Below are positions 47,735 to 53,782 of a DNA stretch of 53,782 bases, in pieces; the first letter of the stretch is position 1, and each line of letters begins with the position of its first letter. The translations under genes were made by a program, and so were the position numbers. Source of the stretch: Bacteroidota bacterium (GTDB lineage: Bacteria; Bacteroidota; Ignavibacteria; Kryptoniales; JAKASW01). Under the pieces are notes generated by a model. The model ran no database searches and was not told where the DNA came from. It saw only the letters and a list, made by a program, of their open reading frames with translations. The stretch covers positions 1-53,782 of the forward strand of contig JAKASW010000001.1 in assembly GCA_021818875.1 (NCBI GenBank). Reading direction: 5' to 3'.

Positions 47735-48754
47735 GTGACAAAGCCATTTCTTGACGCGGTTCGCGGATCTTACGCGCAGCGTCGCCGCCTGGTGGCTCCG
47801 CTGATGGGTTTCCCGGGTGTTAAGCTTGCAGGCACCACTGTAAAACTTGCCCAGCAGAACTATGCCGAGCATTTCAGAGTACTTAAAGCATTGGTCGAAA
47901 CGTTTAACCCGGATGTGATTTTTCCCCTGATGGACTTGTCGGTGGAAGCGAATGCACTTGGCCGCTACACAATTTTTCCGAAGGAAGATTCGGCTACGGT
48001 TGTGAAAGGGGAATTCACTCGTGAGGATCTTGAAATGGCCGGGAAGATCGATATTTGCTCCGACGCGCGGCTGCTTGGATACGTCGAGACGATGAGATTA
48101 ATGACATCGCATCTGCCTGGCGGGATTATTAGAGGTGCTTACGTTACGGGACCATACACGCTTGCTGCACTTCTGATGGGGGCGGACGAAGCGGCGATTG
48201 CGACCGTGATGAACTGCGAGATGCTCCATGAAATATGCGACATGACTGTCGCGAAAATTGCTCAATACGTTCAACTGCTGGTGAAAGCCGGTGCGCAGCT
48301 GATATGCGTTCTCGAACCGAGCGCAGTTATGCTTGGGCCAGCCCAGTTTGAAGAATATTCGGGTTCGTATGTCCGAAAGATATCCTCGGAATATTCACGT
48401 TCGGACATTGCGTTCGTTTATCATGTCTGCGGAAATTCAATGCATCTTATTGAGGTCATGGCAAGCTCAGCCGTCGATGCGATTAGTCTCGACTCTACTG
48501 AAGCGGGTGTTGATTTGCTGCGGGCAGCGACAAAAGTGCAAAACGAAATCGTATTTATTGGCAACCTGAGTCCGACCGGATCAATCTTAGGCGGACATCC
48601 TGGAGAAGTCGAAAGAGAAACATCTGCGCTTCTTGACGAAATGGAAAGCTGTCCAAACTTTGTCCTGAGCACCGGCTGCGATCTGCCTCAGGAGACACCG
48701 CACGAGAACATCGAAGCTTTCATGAACGCAGGGCGCAGCTATATGATTAATTAA
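47735..48754 (+). CDS. URO-D superfamily methylcobamide methyltransferase, MtaA/MtbA-like, copy 2 (retains HxC...C zinc motif)
   Basis: GTG start. VYHVCGNSMHLIEVMASSAVDAISLD matches the MtaA-type 'HxCG ... D..S.D' block. A second Cys lies in LSTGCDLPQETPHENI. It is about 339 aa. Confidence 0.65.
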   Translation: MTKPFLDAVRGSYAQRRRLVAPLMGFPGVKLAGTTVKLAQQNYAEHFRVLKALVETFNPDVIFPLMDLSVEANALGRYTIFPKEDSATVVKGEFTREDLEMAGKIDICSDARLLGYVETMRLMTSHLPGGIIRGAYVTGPYTLAALLMGADEAAIATVMNCEMLHEICDMTVAKIAQYVQLLVKAGAQLICVLEPSAVMLGPAQFEEYSGSYVRKISSEYSRSDIAFVYHVCGNSMHLIEVMASSAVDAISLDSTEAGVDLLRAATKVQNEIVFIGNLSPTGSILGGHPGEVERETSALLDEMESCPNFVLSTGCDLPQETPHENIEAFMNAGRSYMIN

Positions 48755-48784
48755 TTCGGCAAAGAGACTGCCACGCAGGAGGAA

Positions 48785-50092
48785 ATGATGAAGACCGGAA
48801 ATACAAGCTCCGTTAATTTACAGCAGGATTCCGACTTTGAATCGAAAGTCGGCTACTATAGGTGGATCGTCTGCGGCCTCCTGTTTTTTGCCACGACGAT
48901 TAACTATGTGGACAGGGCAGTTCTGGGAATTCTGGCTCCGACTCTTCAGAAGCAGATGGGCTGGAACCAGATCGATTACGGCTACATAGTCACGGCTTTC
49001 ACCGGCGCATACGCCATCGGAATGTTGTTCGTCGGGAGATTTATAGATAAGGTGGGGACCAGAATCGGGTATGCTGTGTCGATGATAGTCTGGAGCATAG
49101 CGGCCATGACACACGCTTTAGCCGCCAACGTATTCGAATTCGGAGCCGCAAGATTCGCATTGGGGCTTGGAGAGTCCGGGAACTTTCCCGCAGCCATAAA
49201 GGGAACTGCAGAATGGTTCCCGAAGAAGGAGAGAGCTTACGCGACCGGGCTCTTTAATTCCGGTGCAAACATAGGCTCAATAGTTGCACCTCTCATCGTG
49301 CCGTGGATAACTCTGACCTGGAGCTGGCGCGAGGCGTTCATATTCACCGGACTGCTCGGTGTCATTTCCCTCGCTTTATGGTTGTGGTTTTTCGAAATCC
49401 CAGAAAGGCAGAAACGTGTGAGCAAAGCCGAGATCGCTTACATCCAGAGCGATCCCCCGGAACCGCCTGCGGAGAAAGTACCATGGCTCAAGCTTCTTAA
49501 GTACAGGCAATCGTGGGCTTTTGTCGAGAGCAAGTTCCTGACAGATCCGATATGGTGGTTCTACCTTTACTGGCTGCCAAATTTCCTGAATTCCCGGTAT
49601 CACCTTAACTTAGCTGAGATTGGTCTTCCTTTGATCGTCATTTACACGATGACGACGGTAGGCAGCATTGGTGGAGGCTGGATGTCCGGAGCACTGATAA
49701 AAAGGGGATGGAGCGTCAACCGTGGAAGAAAGGCGACGATGCTATTGAGTGCGGTGCTTATCGTTCCGATAGTGTTTGCTTCGATAGTGCCCGAGTGGTG
49801 GGCGGTATTCCTGATCGGACTTGCCGCTGCTTCGCACCAGAGCTGGTCGGCGAATTTGTTCACTACGACTTCCGACATGTTTCCGAAGAAAGCTGTTGCG
49901 TCCGTCACCGGCCTCGGCGGAATGGCGGGCGCAATAGGCGGAATGCTTATCGCTACCGCAGCAGGGTTCATACTCCAGTTCACCGGAAGCTACATGGCGC
50001 TATTCATAATTGCGGGTACAGTCTATTTGCTTGCACTGCTGGTGTTCCATCTTCTCGTGCCGGAGATAAAAGAGTTCAAGATGGAAGGATAG
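48785..50092 (+). CDS. MFS transporter, anion:cation symporter (ACS) family, hexuronate transporter ExuT-like
   Basis: AGGAGG RBS. YYRWIVCGLLFFATTINYVDRAVLGILAPTLQKQMGWNQIDYGYIVTAFTGAYAIGMLFVGRFIDKVGTR is very similar in pattern to ExuT/ACS N-termini. The protein has about 12 hydrophobic segments. Confidence 0.75.
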   Translation: MMKTGNTSSVNLQQDSDFESKVGYYRWIVCGLLFFATTINYVDRAVLGILAPTLQKQMGWNQIDYGYIVTAFTGAYAIGMLFVGRFIDKVGTRIGYAVSMIVWSIAAMTHALAANVFEFGAARFALGLGESGNFPAAIKGTAEWFPKKERAYATGLFNSGANIGSIVAPLIVPWITLTWSWREAFIFTGLLGVISLALWLWFFEIPERQKRVSKAEIAYIQSDPPEPPAEKVPWLKLLKYRQSWAFVESKFLTDPIWWFYLYWLPNFLNSRYHLNLAEIGLPLIVIYTMTTVGSIGGGWMSGALIKRGWSVNRGRKATMLLSAVLIVPIVFASIVPEWWAVFLIGLAAASHQSWSANLFTTTSDMFPKKAVASVTGLGGMAGAIGGMLIATAAGFILQFTGSYMALFIIAGTVYLLALLVFHLLVPEIKEFKMEG

Positions 50093-50098
50093 ATGATT

Positions 50099-50132
50099 CT
50101 TGCTTATCCTGAATGCAAGCTTTAACTTTTTC
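50099..50132 (+). terminator. Weak hairpin plus T-tract after the transporter gene
   Basis: CTTGC (50099..50103) pairs with GCAAG (50115..50119), followed by CTTTAACTTTTT. The stem is short, so confidence is low. Confidence 0.3.
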
Positions 50133-50134
50133 CG

Positions 50135-50509
50135 ATGGCAATCGTGGGTGGCAGAAAAGAGAAGCATACAAACGAGAAGATGTTGACTGATCGCGAGTTG
50201 AATCGCACGTTGAAACTCATGGTCAGTCGAATCGTCAGGAAATTCAAGCCGGAGCAGATCATTCTTTTCGGTTCGCGAGCGCGCGGCGATGCCCAACCCG
50301 ACAGCGACTTCGATTTGCTGGTGGTAATGCCGGTCGCAGGATCGAAGCGGGAAAAGAGTGTGGAATTAGGAGTAGCTTTGCACGATATTCGCGTGGCTAA
50401 AGATATAATTGTGGTCACGCCCGAGGAATTTGCGTGGCAACAAAATCAAGTGGGGACTATCGCTTATCCCGCCGTGCGGGAAGGCAGGGTGCTGTATGCT
50501 GGTGACTGA
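50135..50509 (+). CDS. Minimal nucleotidyltransferase (MNT) antitoxin of an MNT/HEPN pair
   Basis: ILFGSRARGDAQPDSDFDLLVV is the GSxxRG...DxD polymerase-beta-type NTase motif. An alternative start is ATG 50180. Confidence 0.85.
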   Translation: MAIVGGRKEKHTNEKMLTDRELNRTLKLMVSRIVRKFKPEQIILFGSRARGDAQPDSDFDLLVVMPVAGSKREKSVELGVALHDIRVAKDIIVVTPEEFAWQQNQVGTIAYPAVREGRVLYAGD

Positions 50510-50921
50510 CGAGGCCCTCTACGTAATTCGGCAGTGGGTTGAGAAAGCAGAGAACGATTATATCACCGCCGTCCACACGTTAAAGCTGGGCAAGAAGTGC
50601 CCGACAGACACTGTGTGCTTTCACACTCAACAGTGCGTCGAAAAATACTTGAAATCACTTTTGATATTCGAGGATGAAGATATTCGCAAGACACATGACA
50701 TTGGACTCTTAATTAGCTTGCTGTCACCGCGACACCGGCCAAAACTGACGGTGGAAGAGCAGAGGCTCTTGACTGGTTTCGCAATCTTCACTCGATACCC
50801 TGGCGATTATGAACCGATATCATTAAAACAAGCCAGGGAAGCTGTTGCCATGGCGAGGCGAGTGCGCAAGCAAGTGCGGGCGTTGTTGCCGCCGGCGAGC
50901 CTGAAGCTGGAGCGGGATTAG
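50496..50921 (+). CDS. HEPN-domain toxin partner of the MNT
   Basis: From ORF 50409. The likely start is ATG 50496, which overlaps the MNT 3' end by 14 nt. AENDYITAVHTLK...QQCVEKYLKSLL...IRKTHDIGLLISLL is typical of HEPN (PF05168-like). Confidence 0.8.
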   Translation: MLVTDEALYVIRQWVEKAENDYITAVHTLKLGKKCPTDTVCFHTQQCVEKYLKSLLIFEDEDIRKTHDIGLLISLLSPRHRPKLTVEEQRLLTGFAIFTRYPGDYEPISLKQAREAVAMARRVRKQVRALLPPASLKLERD

Positions 50922-50986
50922 TTTTCAAAAGTCGCTCAGGTGGCGTGAACAAATACTGAAGCAACCTCGCGAAGCCCTCGCAGCAT

Positions 50987-51229
50987 TTGCGGGGTCAGCT
51001 TCGGAAGGTGTCAAGACGATTTTTCCACGCTCCCGGATCTGTCATTTCCCAGTTGCGGAAGAAACGATACGTTCGACACCCCAAAGCGGTGCCGGTTAAT
51101 TGTGAGTTGAATTCACGATCAGCTTCATGCACCCTGTCTCTCGTTTCTCACGGCAGGAATGACCTCGTCAAGTTCTATCAAGTGGATGACGTAATCGATG
51201 CTTTGCAGGAACTCGGAGAACGACAATGA
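50987..51229 (+). CDS. Possible degenerate HicA-like toxin
   Basis: The stop overlaps the HicB start (ATGA at 51226..51229). The C-terminal SLVSHGRNDLVKFYQVDDVIDALQELG loosely follows the HicA pattern (..P.H...d.l....l..IlkqlGl). The TTG start, poor N-terminus and missing GSH motif leave this weak. Confidence 0.3.
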   Translation: MRGQLRKVSRRFFHAPGSVISQLRKKRYVRHPKAVPVNCELNSRSASCTLSLVSHGRNDLVKFYQVDDVIDALQELGERQ

Positions 51230-51519
51230 AGAAGAACATTTCATACTACCTATCATTAGATTATCCTGTCACCATTGAACGAATGGAGGATGGTGACTAC
51301 TGCGCATCGATTCCTCCGCTAAAAGGGTGCAAAGCTTACTGGAAAACTCAGGCAAAAGCACTCGATGAATTGCATGGGGTAAGGGAAGCGCTGGTCGAAA
51401 TGATGTTCGATCAGCACAAGCCAATACCTGAGCCAACGGTACGTCTCGAAATACCTGCTTCGCAATTTTCCCGCATTCGCAACAAGAAACAGCTCCGCCG
51501 ATTTATTCGAAGCTCGTAA
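51226..51519 (+). CDS. HicB-family antitoxin (UPF0150 fold)
   Basis: YPVTIERMEDGDYCASIPPLKGCKAYWKTQAKALDELHGVREALVEMMFDQHKPIPEP matches the HicB N-terminal domain pattern. Confidence 0.75.
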   Translation: MKKNISYYLSLDYPVTIERMEDGDYCASIPPLKGCKAYWKTQAKALDELHGVREALVEMMFDQHKPIPEPTVRLEIPASQFSRIRNKKQLRRFIRSS

Positions 51520-51610
51520 CGAAGCTTTCAGCTTCGTCTCCATACTTGTAAACCCTATTTTGAATAAGTATTCCAGTGGAAGCGGCAAACATGCCGTCGG
51601 CATAGACTTA

Positions 51611-51899
51611 CCAACATTTGGAATTGACGAACATCCCATCAGCAGCTACAAACAAGCCGTCGGAATTGACAAACATACCATCCGCAGAGACAAATGAGCC
51701 ATCGGCACTGGCAAACATCACATCCGCAACGACAAACGGGCTATCGGAATTGACGAATATCGCATCCGCAGGCGCAAACGAGCCATCGGCGCCAGCAAAC
51801 GTAATATCCGCAGAGACAAACGAGCCTTCGGAATTGGGAAACGTAACATCCGCAATGGCAAACCCGCGATTGGAAGCGCACAATGCTACATCGGAGGCG
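51611..51899. repeat. About 13 tandem 21-bp repeats in two alternating variants (42-bp super-repeat)
   Basis: The units were read directly. Examples: 51648 ACAAACAAGCCGTCGGAATTG, 51669 ACAAACATACCATCCGCAGAG, 51690 ACAAATGAGCCATCGGCACTG, 51711 GCAAACATCACATCCGCAACG, and so on to about 51899, becoming degenerate at both ends. The region is open on both strands. The minus strand (ORF 51608..52096) encodes heptads xxDGxFV. The plus strand (ORF 51618..51965) encodes heptads like NEPSELT. Confidence 0.85.
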
Positions 51900-52130
51900 A
51901 TATACCTACGATCTTCAAGGACGAATGTACCATTCGCATTCTCATTCAAGCCGCTCGATAAATGAGACTTGCGAGCAATATTTACCTGGTCTTGCCTTCT
52001 CGTCGGGTTCCGCCATTTCCCATCACGCCATGATTCCAACTGACTTTGCACGATTTCCCTGTTCTGGGAGCACTCCGTTGATCGAAGGTACCTCACGTAT
52101 TACATTGTGTATTACAAGAAGGAGCAGATT

Positions 52131-52424
52131 ATGTTTTCAATCAGGTTGCCGGACGACTTGGAGAAGAAGCTGGAACGGGTTTCGAAAGAGGAGAAGAAAC
52201 CTAAATCCAGAATTGTCAAAGAGGCTCTTGCTTCATACCTCGAACAGCATTCCAGGAAGCCAACCGCTTATGAACTGGGCAAAGACCTATTTGGGAAATA
52301 TGATCTAGGGATCAAAAATCTAGCGAGGGACCACAAGAAGATATATGCAGAAATGCTGCGTGAAGACCATATTCAAGAGGAAAAGAAACTAAAGAAGTTT
52401 CTACGTGAAAAGCGCTCTCATTGA
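52131..52424 (+). CDS. Ribbon-helix-helix (CopG/VapB-type) antitoxin
   Basis: ATG 52131 lies 7 nt after AAGGAG. MFSIRLPDDLEKKLERVSKEEKKPKSRIVKEALASYLE is a canonical RHH N-terminus. Confidence 0.8.
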   Translation: MFSIRLPDDLEKKLERVSKEEKKPKSRIVKEALASYLEQHSRKPTAYELGKDLFGKYDLGIKNLARDHKKIYAEMLREDHIQEEKKLKKFLREKRSH

Positions 52425-52836
52425 TACAGGCCCACTGGTGGCACTTTTCAACAGCGGCGATGAACGTCATGGTGTGGTCGTATTATTCTTTAAACAAATC
52501 GACGGAAACCTCTTGACCACATGGCCTGTCATCGCGGAAACGGCATATCTACTGCGGTTGAATATTAATGCTCAGATTGACTTCTTTGAGTGGCTAAAGA
52601 GAGAAGCAATTCAGATAATTGAGTTCGAGAAGAAGCATCTTGACAGGGTTATCGAATTGCTGAAGAAATATTCCGATGTGCCGATGGATTTCGCCGACGC
52701 ATCGTTGATGTTGGCTGCAGAGTCGCTGGGCATAAACGATATTGTTTCACTTGACAACGATTTCTATGTCTATAAAACCAAGTCACGAAAGGTTCTTAAC
52801 AACCCGTTGCTGACTTTCATCGAAAGAAAGCACTGA
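52405..52836 (+). CDS. PIN-domain ribonuclease toxin (VapC-like)
   Basis: The GTG start overlaps the antitoxin by 20 nt. The acidic quartet is in the expected context: LIDTGPLVAL, VIAETAYL, MDFADASL and SLDNDF. Confidence 0.8.
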   Translation: MKSALIDTGPLVALFNSGDERHGVVVLFFKQIDGNLLTTWPVIAETAYLLRLNINAQIDFFEWLKREAIQIIEFEKKHLDRVIELLKKYSDVPMDFADASLMLAAESLGINDIVSLDNDFYVYKTKSRKVLNNPLLTFIERKH

Positions 52837-52980
52837 GGCCACTGTTCCAGTATATCGAAACCGCCTTTCACCTCGGTCAACACTTTACTTCTCCTCATCC
52901 ACCAGCACCTCATACTATATCTAAAGCGCGCGACACAACGAGGACAGATTGATGTGTTTGAGTAAAACGAATTTAAAAGT

Positions 52981-53223
52981 ATGTCCAACGAAGAAAAGCA
53001 CGGGATTGACTTGGAAGAGGCGCAAAAGTTATGGAGAAGGATTACTGTAGAGCTCTCATCCAGGTACAAAGAGGATCCGAGAAGACTTGTGATCCTAAGA
53101 TTGAGTGGGAAATTTTGAACTGCGATAGTGACCGAGAGGGGAGATGCACTAAGAATAATATCAGTTCGGAGATCGAGGGATGAAGAGGAAAAAATGTATG
53201 AGACGCTTACAGAAAACCAATAG
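52981..53223 (+). pseudogene. BrnT-like (DUF497) toxin gene interrupted by an in-frame TGA
   Basis: My own translation is MSNEEKHGIDLEEAQKLWRRITVELSSRYKEDPRRLVILRLSGKF*TAIVTERGDALRIISVRRSRDEEEKMYETLTENQ*. The stop is at 53116..53118, in the same frame as the conserved RIISvRr...E...Y tail. The N-terminus is also shorter than is typical for BrnT. Confidence 0.6.
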
Positions 53224-53479
53224 AGAGAATCTTGAAAGTCGGTTTGATTGAGACGAAAGTGTACTCGACTATTTTGACATGGACTCCGCCATGGTACGGG
53301 TGAGCGTGGATTTTCGGGCATGGATGCTGAGAATGTTTGACCAGGAATCTACCAGGCGTGTAGTTAGCAGGCAGGCTTTTGTAAAAATGTGGATCGCAGA
53401 TCGCTTTGAGAAGTCAGGAGTCGGAAATTCTTCCAGGACGCATCGCACAAGAACGATCGGCAAAGCAAGAGAACGCTGA
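53198..53479 (+). pseudogene. BrnA-like antitoxin gene interrupted by an in-frame TGA
   Basis: My own translation is MRRLQKTNRENLESRFD*DESVLDYFDMDSAMVRVSVDFRAWMLRMFDQESTRRVVSRQAFVKMWIADRFEKSG..., with the stop at 53249..53251. The start overlaps the BrnT 3' end, as in intact brnTA operons. vDFp.Wm...lD.Ea.r.gvsRq..iK.Wi..rl is the BrnA pattern. Confidence 0.55.
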
Positions 53480-53518
53480 GCTGTCCACCTTTCTTTTCCC
53501 CTTCAAACTTACACCCTC

Positions 53519-53782
53519 TCATACGACTAGCGATCTCCTTATCCCCATCTCCAATCCCCGCAGCTCAGCCAGACCGCGCATTCTACCGAAGAGCGAATAG
53601 CCCGGGTAAATCCCTTTTCTGTCCATATCAGGGAGCATCAGATGTCCATGGTCCGGCCGCATCGGCATTCGCGCGTTCTCCAAACCTTGCTCTGTTCGCC
53701 GCTTCTGTTCCATGATGAGCGGCTTCATCACTCCGTACATATCCACATCGCCGTCCAGTTGATAACTCTCTACGAACCCGCC
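53519..53782 (-). CDS. uxuA: Mannonate dehydratase, C-terminal fragment (gene continues beyond the window edge)
   Basis: The frame is open to the window edge. ...[49 protein letters not shown] matches the highly conserved UxuA C-terminus (RPDHGHQMLDD....PGYS.IGRLKGLAE.RG.E.AI). Confidence 0.7.
   Translation of the reverse strand, partial: GGFVESYQLDGDVDMYGVMKPLIMEQKRRTEQGLENARMPMRPDHGHLMLPDMDRKGIYPGYSLFGRMRGLAELRGLEMGIRRSLVV

Noticed and set aside
46667-48754. Annotation of the two URO-D family ORFs as HemE (heme biosynthesis uroporphyrinogen decarboxylase)
   Set aside because: No other tetrapyrrole biosynthesis genes are nearby, and the two genes are translationally linked to a corrinoid protein and MetH-type modules. 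Copy 2 also carries the MtaA-type HxCG zinc block, which HemE lacks. A phylogeny is still needed to confirm.
51611-51899. CRISPR array interpretation of the 21-bp repeats
   Set aside because: The units are directly abutting with no spacers. They are shorter than CRISPR repeats and degenerate gradually, so this is a tandem (mini-satellite or coding) repeat and not a CRISPR array.
53116-53251. In-frame TGAs as evidence for an alternative genetic code (TGA = Trp/Gly) or selenocysteine
   Set aside because: Many well-supported genes in the window terminate cleanly at TGA, at the position expected from homology (for example 6110..6112, 19287..19289, 44969..44971, 45850..45852). No SECIS-like context was seen. 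Simple nonsense mutation is the more economical explanation.
52770-53321. 183-aa minus-strand ORF, the longest ORF in this stretch
   Set aside because: The + strand here translates into recognisable BrnT- and BrnA-like sequences, each broken by one TGA. The minus ORF is S/L-rich with no motif, and it exists only because the + strand genes are interrupted.

Overview
The window is one large, co-directional glucuronoxylan/heteroxylan utilisation locus. About 31 genes (237..50092) all lie on the + strand. It probably comes from a non-Bacteroidia member of the FCB superphylum (Ignavibacteria-like). That placement is inferred from eight Por/T9SS C-terminal sorting domains of the 'NYPNPFNP' type, good Shine-Dalgarno sites, and a TonB-dependent receptor with no SusD partner.

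Recognisable content:
- Glycoside hydrolases: 3x GH10 xylanase, 2x GH30_8-like glucuronoxylanase, 2x GH43, GH51-PA14 arabinofuranosidase, GH27-NPCBM, a GH35/42-like enzyme and a cytoplasmic GH3.
- Esterases: 2x CE15 glucuronoyl esterase and four deacetylases (2 tandem SASA-type, CE4, CE2-like).
- Transport and other: an SDR, a GPH symporter and a TonB-dependent receptor.
- Large secreted proteins of unknown function: two right-handed beta-helix proteins and a 1230-aa FG-GAP/ASPIC protein.

The most interesting part is the 3' end of the locus (44303..50092). It is a tightly coupled operon encoding a corrinoid (B12-binding) protein, a standalone homocysteine-type Zn methyltransferase, a MetH-reactivation-domain protein, two diverged URO-D/MtaA-family methyltransferases and an ExuT-like anion MFS transporter. 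I interpret it as a candidate O-demethylase system for 4-O-methyl-glucuronate, the characteristic xylan side chain. This is inference, not demonstrated.

Downstream lies a 3.4-kb toxin-antitoxin island: MNT/HEPN, HicA?/HicB, VapBC, a nonsense-inactivated BrnTA pair and an odd 21-bp tandem repeat. It is followed by the 3' end of a convergent uxuA (mannonate dehydratase). I saw no rRNA, tRNA, CRISPR array, intact transposase or transcriptional regulator. All family calls come from motif recognition by eye and need HMM or BLAST confirmation.
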